The notes below the pieces were generated by a model, which was given only the letters and a program-made list of their open reading frames with translations, did no database searches and was not told the DNA's origin. Shown piece after piece: positions 51,777 through 64,000 of a DNA stretch of 64,000 nucleotides. The stretch comes from Guillardia theta CCMP2712 (Eukaryota > Protista > Cryptophyta). Positions within the stretch are counted from its first letter, which is position 1, and every line of letters begins with the position of its first letter. The position numbers and the translations under genes were made by a program. The stretch lies in contig NW_005434610.1 of NCBI RefSeq assembly GCF_000315625.1, positions 389,751 through 453,750 on the forward strand, in the 5' to 3' direction.

Positions 51777-53097
51777 CGTGAACGGATGCTGTCTCTACCC
51801 ACAAGGTCCGTGGATCCTTATATCATACACTCCTCCCAAGCAAGTCTGAAACCCCCCACGCGCACCAGTCACGAAAGAACTGCAGGAGCCGAGTCAGCAA
51901 CTTGACATGGTCGTGTCCTCACGCTCGCACAACTACTTTCTCTTCCTTCACAGCTACTTTCCAAATACTTCCATCCGTGTCCTCTCAACGTCTTATCTCT
52001 GATGAAACGTATGCTGGTTGAAACTGCAACTTTGATCAGGGTCGAGCCCTAGGTTCACGGCTGCTCTATTGATATGCATGTGGAATGGTTTTGGTGCTTA
52101 AATCTCTTGGACCGTGCACATGCGCTCGAGATCGAATCCTCCTCTCTAGCATCTGCCATCTTTCCTTGCTTCTAGTATCTGCCATCTTTCCTTGCTTCTT
52201 CCTCTACTCGTCACCCACATGCATATCCCTCAAAAATTTCCATCGGGAAATTTTGGTGCGATGGCAGGCATTCAGTCCACACAACATTATGCATGATGAC
52301 TGATGTTGACACTCTCCTACTCCTCTACCCTTCTTCCTACTTCCTCCCATTTCTTCACTGATTTCCATTGACTTTGCTGTCCTCCCAAATCGGCTGTGCT
52401 CCCTTCCTCCTACCTCATGGTGGGTGCCACATCACGCTACCGCTTCCTCTGACCTGCCTCTGACCTATTCATTGGTATCGCAGTCTTATAGTGCCATGTA
52501 CAGGACCATCTTCATCAGTATATCCAAATGTCCTTCTCTGTCCTCCTCCTCCTCCTCTTCTCTCCCTCCCCTCCCCTCAATCCTCCCCGCCCTCCCCACC
52601 GCCCATGGAAGAGCCATCCAATTCTACCCCACCCCAAAATACACTTTCCTGTTTGATAACCCCCTTCAACAACGTGAAACGTAGGGGTACTAAGATACCC
52701 CTACCCTCGTTTGTCCAAGGTGCCTCTTCCAATCTGGGCGAGCCCACACCCCCCATGGAGCTTTCATCATATCTGAACCCCTACCACCTCTTTATCAGAT
52801 CAAACTACCGGTACTCAATGGAATTTGTCACCACCCACCCCGGGACAACCCCACTGTGGACCTTATTATGTATAATAGGTATAATTATGATCTTTCTTGA
52901 CTAGGAGGTGATGCATTGCACCCTCCACCCCCCTCTATTAATGATTTCTCCACTGAAAAATACCGGTACTTGCCACCCCCTACCCCCAACTTAGACGTAC
53001 TGTGGACAAGAAATGGCCCAGTGGAAAGCGCAATGTAGGCAGTGGAGCGGGATGAGGGAGAAGAAGCGGGGGCACAGCGGCGACAGGAGCTTTTCCT

Positions 53098-55010
53098 TTA
53101 CTTTCCCTCTACGATGCTCTTCATCAGAGCCTTGGCTTCAGCGTCTTTATCCTCAGGCGCTGTTGAATTCTGACCTTCCACATGGAAGAAGCGCGGGTCG
53201 AAATCGGAGTGCAGCTTCACAATGTGACCCTCCCCGTTGATCCAGACGGTGTCCATGATTTCACCCTCCAGGGTGACAGGAAGACCTGGAAGAAGCAGTG
53301 AGGAGACGGACGAGGGGCTGCGGGAGAACCCACCGCTGGAGTTGCTGACGCTCTTGAGCTCGAAGGTGCAAATGTGCTTGGCAACGCAGAACATGTATGG
53401 CTCCAGCGCATCCTTTGGGTTCTTCACCGGCTGCAGGGTGAGGTCAGTGCATGATCAGGGTGAGGTCAGTGCATCAAGCTAGCTGAGCTGATCGCACATG
53501 GAAACCAACCTTGCAGCTGATGTTCCCAGCGAGAGAGCTGGTGATGTTACCAAACGCATCCACAGTCTGACCGAAGGCAGTTGCCCAGGCGTCTGGTCCG
53601 ACGAGCTGATGGGAAGGTGAGCAAGAAGAACGATCAGAGAACGCACAGGCTTCAGACCAGCTTTCCGTTCGTCTCCGCCACGCAGCCAGGAACAAGCGCC
53701 ACATCAGTGCTTGAGAATGCCTACAACCCCGTTAGTCTTGGAGGAAGAGGAGAGCAGGAATAAGTACAAAGTCCTTGGACAGCAGGGATGTCGCGTTGGA
53801 GAGGTCGTCAACCATGGGAGATGATGTGAACTACACCGAGGCTGAGTTGGCAGCACGGGAATAAAGACTAGCAGCGCACCTCGTAGAAACTCTTGATCAC
53901 TTCCTCGCACTCCGTTTGATTGGGAAGCAGGGACGGTTCAACCCAGCTTAGGGGAGAGACCCAGTTGGCTGGGACAGGGTGAGGAAAGGACAGTCTCAAC
54001 AGCTGTGTGTACCTCTATGCCGCTCCTCGGCCTTCTCCGGGATCTTAGCGTCCACCCTCTCGATGCTCTCCCTTTCAGCAGCAAGCACCCTGCGCAGCCT
54101 CTCCTGGATTCCGCGACCGTAAAGATTGCCGTATGGGTCCAGCTGAGTGAGTTTCAGCATCCAGCACTCAGACGAGAAGAAGGAAAGAAATCAAGACTGA
54201 CCAAGAACACTCCATAGTCATCCGAAGAACAAATGAACCCTTGCGGGAGTTCGGGGAAAGTCTGCGGGACCCAACAGTCACAACCCAAGTTGAAATCTGA
54301 GCAACGGCAGGACCTGTGGGATGCATGCCTCAGGTGAATAGAGCGGCCAGTTCCCTCCGTAGGCTTCGAGAGGGTCTGGTTTTTCAATCTCGTATCCATA
54401 CTCGCTGCTATACCTTCACAAATAAGTGAGGGAGGGATTAGTTGACAAGGAGGAAAAACAAATACCCTTGAAGTGGACTTTGCCTTCCCTGATAACGATA
54501 ATCAAACGGAGAGTTCAGCTCGTTCCAGGGGAATGACTAAACAAGCGTGTGTTAGTCTGCCAATCATGAGACGCGATTCAATCCGCAGGGAGAGGCGAAG
54601 GGGGGAAATTGAGAAGGGGGAGAGAATGTAGCGGAGAGAACAAAAGAATCAAGCAAGAGAGATCAGGAGATGAAGCATCAGCTCGTCCATTACATCCTCT
54701 GAAGGATAGGCGAAAAATTCCATGAGAGAGCTGCGTTTGGAAGACGTTCGAGCTACAAGGAGGATGGCAGATACAATGCATAGTGCCCCGACACATCCAA
54801 TCAAAACCTGTTGGAAGGGTGTTAGAACCCATGGCGTCAAAAAGCCTCTCCACTGACTCGCTTCCCCATAGTGCTCAGTCCTGTTCTCCTCCGAAACGAG
54901 ACCTGCATCGAGCGTCGGTCAAAGTCAAATTAGTTCCACCCTGCCGTTGATACCTCATCTTGCGGAACTGATCCGTACAAGAAGGCCTGTTCAGAAGACA
55001 TGGGAGTCAT
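53098..55010 (-). CDS. Single-pass (type II-like) hypothetical protein with a Cys-rich luminal part and possible NTF2/SnoaL-like C-terminus
   Basis: TM VLIGCVGALCIVSAILLVA; exons with CRCSDFNLGCDC; last exon ...GLPVTLEGEIMDTVWINGEGHIVKLHSDFDP. The fold assignment is tentative. Confidence 0.5.
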
Positions 55011-55561
55011 CCACAGCTTCAATGAAATATTTGAGCTATGCTAGAACAAGAGGAATCAATCAAGTCAATCGATCGGTCATATGCAGAAAGGCAGTCTCAA
55101 CAGCGGGTCTGATGAACACCAATGAATTTTGAAGCTGATTGTGTCACTCACAGACGCAGACCAAAGCAAACAGAACAGTCAAATCGCCATGTTGTCAGCA
55201 TGAAAACATCAACTCTTCTTCCAACATAAACTCCTTGTCATCTCCTCTACTACTATCCCATTCCCTTCTTACCCGCGCCATGACTCTTCGCCCCGCACCT
55301 GTGCGGGCTCACTCACCACCACCCCTATGGGAATCGACAGGTTGGACCAGGGGTACACAACATGACCCCTGTATTCCTATTCACCCTACCCACACATCAC
55401 CAAGTACTATCAGAGATAAGACCGGGTACAACTAATCCGAGATACCACCCCACCCTTGTGGACATTTTACCCCCACCCTCAAATCATTTACCTACCCTCA
55501 GGGGAGCCTCCGAGCCTGAGCGTCGGAAGGTCCGGGAACTTCACCGAGAGGCCCGACAATG

Positions 55562-57082
55562 ATGGAGGAACTGCAAGCGATGCTTCGAGAGATGGGAGGA
55601 GGAGAGGGAGAGGGAGGAGGAGGAGGAGGAGGAGGAGGAGGAGGAGGAGGAGGAGGAGGAGGAGGAGGAGGAGGAGGAGGAGATGATAAGAAGGGCCTTC
55701 CATTTCTGTGGTCGTCTTTCCTCTTTTCCCATGCGGACTCCAAGGCCTACGAGGATGTGAAGGATTTCTTGGACGACAACCCGAGCGACTCATCATCACG
55801 GGGTTCGATGACGATCAGTAGCGGGAAGCCGGTCATGCCGAATCTCTCGAGCTTCTTGAGCAGCCTTCCTGCCTCCACCCCCATGCGCTCAACTGATTTC
55901 TCCCTCACCACTCCCATCTCGAACAAACCAGGGGGGCAGAAATCGCCGCATTCCTTCCGCGCACTGCAGATTGAGGGGCCTGGTGATGAGGCGATTGCGA
56001 CGTCGCACCTGCTGCATCACGAGAACAGAGAGAACTGCGCGGAGATCGACGTGGAGATCGCCTTCAACGTCACCGAGTTCCTCGAGCAGAAGGCGTCGGA
56101 GAGGCTCCGCCTCGACCTCGAGCTCGACTTCTCCTCTGCCCTTGGGGGAGACCTGCAGGACGTGACGGTGATCAGCCTGGACGCGGAGGAGACGCTGAGG
56201 ACGATCATCGTCGTACAGGGCGCGGTCCTTGAGAAGCTCTTCACCCTCGACAGCCAGATGCTGGACCCGCAGTCGCCTCTCAGGAGGGGGGTGTGGACGA
56301 GGGACGTGACGGGCATCCGGCTCGTCCACGTGCCCCGGCGCTACCGGGAGAGAGCAGCGCAGTTCAGGGGAGGAGAGGTGAAGCCCCGAGCGACCACGGA
56401 GAGTCAGACGGAAGTTCAGGTCCCAACACCCCTCACGCTTCCTCGTGCGTCCTGACGGCTGTGCAGGCGAGCCAGCTGGAGACAGTGCCGTCGGTTGGAT
56501 CTGCCGGGCACGGGCTGAGGATGTTTGCTGACGCTGCTGTGCAGCAGGGATCGATCCATATCGAGGACCAGGAGACCAAGGTAGCGGGGAGGGGATGGTG
56601 GTGGTGGTGAGGGGGGGTGAGGTGCTGTGCAGGTTCTGACGAGGGAAGACTATGCCGGCATCATCGGGCTGAGTGCGTTGCCTGATGCTTTGAGCATGTG
56701 ACGTGAGGACTGACCCTCTTGTTGAAGTCTCGAGCCTGGAGAACGACAAGTTGATCGATCAGGTGAGAATGATGATGATAGTGGTGGTGTCGATGATGAT
56801 GATGGTGCTGCTGCTGCTGGTGATGGTGATGATGATGGTGATGGTGATGGTGATGGTGATGGTGATGGTGATGGCGCTGATATTTGCATTCTGATGCCTT
56901 TGAATAGTCTCAGGTAGATGAGTTGAACAGGCAGCTCGTTGACAGAGATCCGAGACTGAATGCGGTCGGAGCTTAACCATGTTCATTCGTCCTCTTCACA
57001 CTTCAAGCAGGCGTACACCAAGTTCTGCACAACGCGGAACAAGCTAGACCTTCTTCAAAGTTTGAGGCGGAACTCCATGTGA
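55562..57082 (+). CDS. Hypothetical protein with a poly-Gly N-terminus and a SEA-like module
   Basis: ORF 55559..56455 (LELDFSSALGGDLQDVTVISLD...QMLDPQSPLRRG) plus small downstream exons. Confidence 0.55.
55612..55682. repeat. (GGA)n microsatellite in frame (poly-Gly)
   Basis: Directly visible. Confidence 0.9.
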
Positions 57083-57113
57083 GCATTTACAGTACTGCAT
57101 GAGAATATCTAGG

Positions 57114-59056
57114 TCAACGACTGTATTTCACTGCTCGTCTTCTTCGGTTTTTTCTGCACATCATGTCACTTGGTTTCAGAGAGGAATCACAGTGGTCACC
57201 AAGGAAGTTGTCGAGGAACTCGTAGAAAGTGACGTCCTCCTCTTGGTCCGCGTCATACCGTCCAAAGAGAGCCGCAGCCTGCCTCACGTCAACCTGCCGT
57301 GTCTCACGATGTATGACCAACCTCTGTCGAGCTCAGGTAGATCCCCAGCTTGCGGATGGTGTGCATGAACTTGTCTGCTGTGATGTACCCCGTCCCGTCT
57401 CTGCTCTCGCGTGAGTCAACGGCCACAAACTCGAGAGCCCTGCTCCACCTGTCGTAGAGCTTGAACATGTGCAGCAGCTCCGATATCCCTGCGTTGGTAG
57501 CCTGTCGAACTTTCTCTGTCACTGCTTTCTGCAGTTGATCTAGTCTCTTCTGCCCCACAACAGCCTGCGGACAAGAGCGTCAATGTCGAGGAGGGCGAGT
57601 CTACATTCACGAGCACACACCTGCAACAGTTTGTACTGATACTTCTTCTCCTCGTTGGACTGCGCCCGGGAGGCAAGGAGAGCGTTATTCTTCTGCTGCA
57701 GTACGATCTGCCATCCTCGTTCACAACATCCGCCACACAACATCCGAGGGCCAAGATCACCTTCTCAACTCCCTTAACGTTCTCCTTGGTCACACTGCCT
57801 CCTGTCATCTGCTTGGGGAAGCTCTCGAGGTACCTTCACAACAGTTTCAGCACAGAGCGAGCTACAAGGATCTGCTCGGCATCACGTAGTCTGCCACATA
57901 TGAGGCCCGCTCCAGTAGAACCTATCCCCGATATCTTGCACAAGTTGTTCAACTCCATGTCATGTGAGAATGGAGCAGGCAGCACCGATGTTCGATCGAA
58001 TCTTGGCAGGTGAGCCGGATTTGATAAGGAGCTGACTGTAGTTCTTTGCGGACAATGATTTGCTGGCACCCTCCGTCAGTCTCCTCGCCATCTCTCACCA
58101 TGGTCCTACTAGTAAGCTGCCAGGTCGACGTGGCTGCCTTGAAGGTAAGTATGAAGACCGTCTTCTGCCGGCGTCTTGTCTCCCCTTCCCTTCTCCTGTA
58201 AGGTCACACGTCACCATCGGCCTGGGTCCGTCCCTCCGCTCCTCACCCCAGTAGGTTTTGCGAGGCCGCTGAAGGTGTTGCCGGGCAACAGGTGGGTGGA
58301 GCTGATGACTCTGCGCGCTCTCTTGCCCTGGTAGAACATCACGGGAGGCCTGCTCCTCTCCGTCACCCGAGCTCAAGCACAAGCAGCGCATCACCGATCA
58401 AGCGACGGGGGAGTCTGCAAGGCCATGCGGGAAGCGTGGCTGTATCTAGTTCCATGGGTTTGATTGAGCTTGGGAACGTGTCCGGTATAGCCGGGAAAGT
58501 GCTCGTTATGGCGGTAGAGGGGAACGACGTCGTCCTGCCATACGGTTGAGTCCACCGAGTAGACGCTTGATCGCCTTCTGTCTTGCGACGAATCGGAGAC
58601 TCCTGCGCATTGCTCAGCCACCCATGGCTCCGTTGACTCCCTTGCCTGTGTCGAACGCGACTGAATTTGACGTGCGCGGAAGAGGTGACATGTGCGAAGA
58701 AAGAAGTCTCTGCGAGAGGGTCGAAAGCATCAGTCAAGTGCACTTGTCCCTTGCGCTCACTCTCTCAGCTGTCTGTCTGATCCATAACCGCTCCCTTCTG
58801 AGACGGCGAAGTTGGAGGCTGTATACCCACTATATCTCTGCGTGCTGACGTACATACTTGACATATCTAGGTGCTAAGGCAAACACTCTACATGTCTAGC
58901 TACGTCGTGTCTGTGCACTAACGACTGAGCTGAGGATATGGAGCAGACAAGCTGCAAGGTACATGAAGATAAGTACAAGCGCATAAAACAACACCGAGTC
59001 ACCCTCTCCACCTCTGCGCCAGCCTCACCCCTGCGCCGTAGACCCAAGAAGCTCAT
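57114..59056 (-). CDS. EF-hand protein with an N-terminal PGYTGHVP (FAM166/CIMIP2-type) motif, probable ciliary microtubule inner protein
   Basis: HFPGYTGHVPKLNQTHGTRYSHAS; spliced EF-hand pair LHMFKLYDR|DGTGYITADKF...|AAALFGRYDADQEEDVTFYEF. The start is uncertain. Confidence 0.7.
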
Positions 59057-59279
59057 CTATCCCTGTGATCTCCTCATATGAATCCTCCTCCAGCAACTTT
59101 AACGCTCCTTCTTCTGCCCTTCCCTCCTCTCAGTTTCTTCCTTCACTTCCTGCTCCAGGCCATAGCCGTTGGCGCTCGTACCCACCCTCTTCAAGAGCCT
59201 CTTCATAATGGTACCCCTCCTTTGCCCTCTCCTCCCCTAAGAAACTGGTTGGGGGGACGGGGGTACTCACCCGTTGCTG

Positions 59280-59940
59280 GCGGGCTACTGGCTGTCACAG
59301 TGTCACAATAGGCCCGCGGGCCCCGCACGGACTCCGGAAGGCGGACCGCCTCCCAGCCCGGGCCCGTGACAGTACTGCTGAGTAGAAACGCCGTAGTGAC
59401 GGCCGGAGGGCGTGACGGTGGTCCGGCGCCCGGCCCGGTCCGCCGCCGCGGCCGCCGCCTGCCCTCAGGCTGCCCCGGCCGGGGGCCAGAGACGGAATAC
59501 ACTGAAGTTTGTTAGACTTGTACTGTCACTGTGTGTCAAAGTAATCAGCGGCTGCGTGTGACCGTGATCCGGGACTCAGTGGGGCCCGGCGGTCACCGGG
59601 TGACTGCGGCCCGGGCGCCGCCGCCGCCGTGACCGCCGGAGTACGCCGGTCCGACGAACGGTGTGAGGCTTGGCCGCGTACTCAGTCACTAGCGGCGCCG
59701 TGAGCCGCACACCGGGCCCTCGGCCCCGGGCGCCGGCCGGCGTGAGCGACGTGACTGCCATGATCATGTACGGTAGTACTGCCGGTAGCCTGATTACCGT
59801 GACCGAGTAACTGCTTCTTTGGCTCATCGGATCGATCCGATCATTGCGGCGGCACGGTGCCGCACGGGCCCCGGCGGCGGCGGACTCCGCCGTGTGACTC
59901 GGACGGCCGCACCGATCCGATGGAGTCCGATCGGAACCGG
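59280..59940. promoter_or_regulatory. Very GC/CpG-rich island (CCGG, GGCC, GTGAC/GTCAC motifs) between divergent genes
   Basis: Composition is directly visible; it is flanked by TACCCC-rich and AT-rich DNA. Function inferred. Confidence 0.4.
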
Positions 59941-61068
59941 GGAGTAGCCATTTTTCTGCTTGTAATTTGAAAAGATTATCTTTGATGTTGAAATCTGAAA
60001 AATAATTGAGGGTGTAATAACCCCCCTCCCCCTTCCTCTCCACCCCACCCAACCCCAAAGATATCACGGTACATACACTTTACAACCCCCCCTCCCCATG
60101 GGGACTCCGTATGTACCCCACCCCCCCATTACCTCTTGTATTTCCCTTTTACTCCCACAGGAGTTCCACCCTCCACCCTCTGTTTTATTTGCTCCTGAGC
60201 CCACAACCCCACCCCAAGAATCCACTTTGCCTTTCATCAAAGTATGACCCTCCACCCCCTCCAAGTACCTACCCCACCCCTATGTGTCTAAGGGAGTATA
60301 GCCAGATATCACCCATGACCCACCCTCGGGGCTTTTTAAAATTCATTCTCTATAATATTTTAGAAGAGTTTTAGAAAGATTGCAATCGAAAGGCATATTC
60401 TGTACCCGTGTTTCTCTCTGTCATGAAGGGGGTGGGGTGGTAAAATCTGATATTACACTTGTTAAACAATGGCGAACATCCACATTATAGCCGAATATGA
60501 ATTTTAGCGAGTTATTGCACCTTTTTCTCCATTAAAATACTATAATTATGCATAATTATATATATTATATTCATAAGAATTCATAATGCACGGAGTTTTT
60601 GGAGGGTGACTAAAATGTTGTAGATTTAAATATATTTTTCATGGAAGTCACTTCGGTTAGACCCCTTCCACGCAGTCATTTCGGGCTGTTTAGTGGTAGG
60701 GTACTTTCATGGTGGTCCTCGGGTAGTTTTGAGTACGGAAATAAGAGTCAAATTGGGGGTAGGGTAGAAAAGACGGGGGGTGGGCAGAGAAACAATCGGA
60801 GAGGGGGGTACTTTTTGATGTCGAGAAAGTTTGTCGAGGAAACCTGGAGAATTATAAGCGCTAGGCAGTGGGGGAGAGGAAGAGAGGAAGAGAGGAGCAG
60901 AGAGGGGGAGGAGAAGAGGAAGATAGATGGGACGGTGGGAAGAAAGAGCAAGTAACACTGCAGGGAAGCAATAAAGGTCAAGGAAGGGGAGGGGAGCAAG
61001 TTACCTGGGAGCAAGCGGTGTGAAAGAGTAACCCTCGGGAGGAGACGCATGGCCTGCTAGGGACGAAA

Positions 61069-64000
61069 ATGAAGCTTGATAACAGCAATATCGATGAGAG
61101 GATGAACGGGATGCAGGCAAGAACGATCAACGCTCCGGTTCCTCAAGAGAGTGGGAAGAAGGACATGATTCAAGAGGCCGCAAGCCTCCTGCAGGAACAG
61201 AGGAAGAAGCTATCTAGGCTGCAAGATACTCTCCAAGGCAAGCACAGCAACCAAGGTGTCAGTGCGACTATGCTCACAAAGAAGCTGCAAGAGCTGGACC
61301 TGGAGGTGATCGGGGATGGCCTCGTGCTGTCTAGGAAGAGCAGCACGGAGAACCTGAGCACGGAATCTACGCCAACAGCCGTCTACTCGAGCATCACTGC
61401 CGGCCAGTGGTCCAGAACAAACAGCTCTGCTAACGGGTTGGAAGCAAGCTCCAAGCCGAACAAGCTCAATGACATCTGCGGCGCTTTCTTGAAGAGGGCG
61501 GAGAGCGTTCCTGAGCCCGAGCCATCCACCCTGTTGATACAGCATGGGCTGATTGCAGAGGACCGATCGCCTGCAGACAACGCGGCTCACCTTCTCAATC
61601 AGTTCTTGCAGCAGTGCAACTGCCTGGCTCCCTTGGACCGAGCGATCGTTGCTTACTCCCTCAAGGTGCTCGTCACAGACCCTCACGTGGCCGCCATCCC
61701 GCAGGGGCTGCAAGGCTTCTTGCAGAGTCAGCAGGAAGAGATCTCTTCGCCCACGAGGAGGCGACTGATCGACCCGGAGGAGTGCTTGGATGACAAAGGG
61801 TCCGAGAAGTCTTCCTCCATGCATGCCATTTTGTCCAAGTGTGAGAGCATGAAGCTAACAGCAAACCACTCCCTGAAGCCCGAGATGCTGGCCAGCCTCC
61901 TGGAGGACGTGAACAACGGGCAGAAGCCCACCCCGGAGGTGATGAACTGGGTGAGCAAGGTGGCGGACCCGAAGGATGAAAACAAGGGAGCCAACGGGAA
62001 GTCGAAGTCGGAGGTGAACAAGTTCGCGAAGGCAGCAAGGATGTGCATGCTGTTCTACAGGTGCAGGGGGACAATCGAGACTCTTTACGACAAAGTGGTG
62101 GAGAAGAACAAGTCCAACCTGACGCGCGCTCAGATCTCGCAAATCTTGAAGGAGCTCAAGGACGGGGAGGACCCGATGATCTCCGACGTTGAGAGTGTCT
62201 GGGAGGAGGCGAAGAAGGCTGGAGGGGACAACCTGACGAAAGAGCAGCTTGTGGAGGCGATCGCCATGTGGTACAGTGAGTATGAGGAGAAGGAGAAGGC
62301 GAAGGGCGAGAAGAAAAGCCCATCGCTGGCACGAAGGATGTCACTTCCGCGGCTGACAAGGGAGTTCGAGAATGGATCCTCAGTCACTTCACGTCGGTTG
62401 CGAGCTCTACCAGGTCTTTGCCCTCCTCCAAAGACTCGAAGCTCTCTCCTCTCTCCCAGGATTTCTCCAGCTCCTGGTGCAGGAGGAAGACACCTCGGTC
62501 GCAGGAGGAAATGTTCGGGCTACCGGCTCCTGCGGTGTGGACACTAGAGCAGGAAGTTGAGATCGCCAAGTCGATGAAGGGGATCGCGACATGGAGCTGG
62601 GATCCGTTCGACCTTCATGAGAAGACTGGAGGACATGCTCTGCAGGCTCTGGGCCTCCATGTCTTCCAGCAGTGGGAGCTGCTGGCGGAGTACAACATCG
62701 ACACGTAAGTGCGGAGCTAGGGGATCTGGATTGTTCGAATGCAAGGCAGGGAGGGAGGGAGGAGGGAGGGAGGGAGGCGGTGTCAGGAAGGCAGGGGTTC
62801 AGGTCGAGGGTAGGAAGAGGAGGATGGAGAAGGATCTGAGTGTTGCATTTTCTTCTCAGGGACACGATGAAGCGATGGCTTTCGTTCGTTGAGAAGCAGT
62901 ACGCGGATGTTCCCTATCACAACTCGCTGCATGCCACGGATGTCTTGCAGACCGTCAACTTCATGCTGCAGAGCGCAAAGCTGTCGCAGTTTGTCAACCG
63001 ATTTCAACTCCTGGTGAGCCTCCTCTCCTCCCCTCTTCACTTTCCACCTCCTCTGCTTTGCTCTCCACTCCACTCCACTCCTCCTCCTCTTCACTCCTCT
63101 CCTCTCTCCTCCTCTTCACTCCTCTCCTCTCTCCTCCTCTTCACTCCTCTCCACTCGCCTCCTCTTCAATACTCTCCTCTCTTTTTCTCTTCACATTTCC
63201 CCCTCAACTCCCCTCTCCCTCCATCGCATGTCCTGCGGCGCTGAACCCTCGTCCTCTCCAACCTCACACTCCTCCTGCTTTTGCTTATCTTCGTCCTGGA
63301 CCTTATCGTCTTCCTGATCTTTCCTCTACCTCCTTCTGATCTCCTGCTCTGATCCCTCCTTCTCCCTCCTACCTCTCCCTTACTGTTGCGATCTCGTCTT
63401 CCATGGTTCCTCTCCTGCTCTCCTGATACGATCCTGGCAGGCCATTCTCATAGCGGCCATCGTGCACGATCTGGGACATGACGGCTACAACAACAACTAC
63501 CACAAGCACGCGATCACGGAGAGGGCGATGGCGCACAACGATCAGAGCATCCAGGAGAACTTTCACCTGCACAAGCTCTTCTCCTCCATGGACGCCTACC
63601 CGAGCATCAACATCTTCGAGAACTTCGAGCTGGAGACCTTCTGGGAGATGAGGAGGATGATCATCGACCTGATCCTCCACACCGACATGTCGCGCCACTT
63701 CCTCCTCATGAAGGAGATCAAGGAGAAGCTGGAGACGAGGCAGGAGGGCTCCGCTGCCTACCGGGAGAGCTCCGAGCTCCTCATGCGCGCTGTCCTCCAC
63801 ATCTGCGACATCTCCAACCCCGCGAAGCCCCGGGAGCTGGCGCTGAGGTGGACGGAGAGGTGCATGGCCGAGTTCTTCCGGCAGGGAGACAAGGAGAAGG
63901 AGCTGCAACTCCCCGTGTCTCCTCAATGCGACAGAGAGACAACTTTCATCCCGGCTTCGCAGGTTGCTCCTCCTCCCATCTCCTCCTCCCATCTCCTCCT
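61069..64000 (+). CDS. Class I 3',5'-cyclic nucleotide phosphodiesterase with degenerate EF-hand-like N-terminal repeats; 3' end beyond the window
   Basis: WSWDPFDL, VPYHNSLHATDVLQ, AAIVHDLGHDGYNNNY, NDQSIQENFH, ILHTDMSRHF, LHICDISNPAKP, EFFRQGD and ASQ. The frame change near 62400 is explained by intron 62364-62413. Confidence 0.95.

Noticed and set aside
59576-60067. 163-aa minus-strand ORF over the GC island
   Set aside because: Stop-poor because of extreme GC content; Arg/Pro/Ala/Gly-rich with no recognisable motif
62341-62547. Apparent frameshift or pseudogenisation of the PDE
   Set aside because: A 50-nt GT-AG intron (62364-62413) restores the frame
61069-64000. PDE as the degrading partner of the receptor synthetase (operon-like system)
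   Set aside because: It is 25 kb away with unrelated genes between; class I PDEs hydrolyse cyclic nucleotides rather than (p)ppGpp; proximity in a eukaryote is weak evidence

Overview
Gene-dense, intron-rich eukaryotic nuclear DNA with six N-gaps. The gene style (mostly ~45-60 nt introns, some expanded by homopurine/homopyrimidine microsatellites, several GC-AG introns, very short intergenic spacers) resembles a cryptophyte alga such as Guillardia or Hanusia; this is inference only. About 18 protein-coding genes are visible: methylmalonate-semialdehyde dehydrogenase (partial), a PDZ protein, an SNF5-domain protein, an LRR protein, a protein with 16 CxH-x6-CxxC repeats, a TPR-PH-anoctamin-C2 fusion, a ubiquitin-like protein ending in CaaX, an EGF-repeat surface protein, a PX protein, a degenerate 2OG-Fe(II)-oxygenase-like protein, a DHHC palmitoyltransferase, a PGYTGHVP/EF-hand (probably ciliary) protein, a class I cyclic-nucleotide phosphodiesterase (partial) and several hypothetical proteins. 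The standout is a ~1386-aa minus-strand gene (31614-35874) built from two tandem modules. Each module is TM + extracellular discoidin/F5-8-like domain + 5 TM + cytosolic RelA/SpoT-type synthetase-like domain, and the first catalytic domain is degenerate. It looks like a receptor-type alarmone/nucleotide pyrophosphotransferase with the 2x(6TM+catalytic) layout of animal membrane adenylyl cyclases. Exon structures were reconstructed by eye and no database searches were run.
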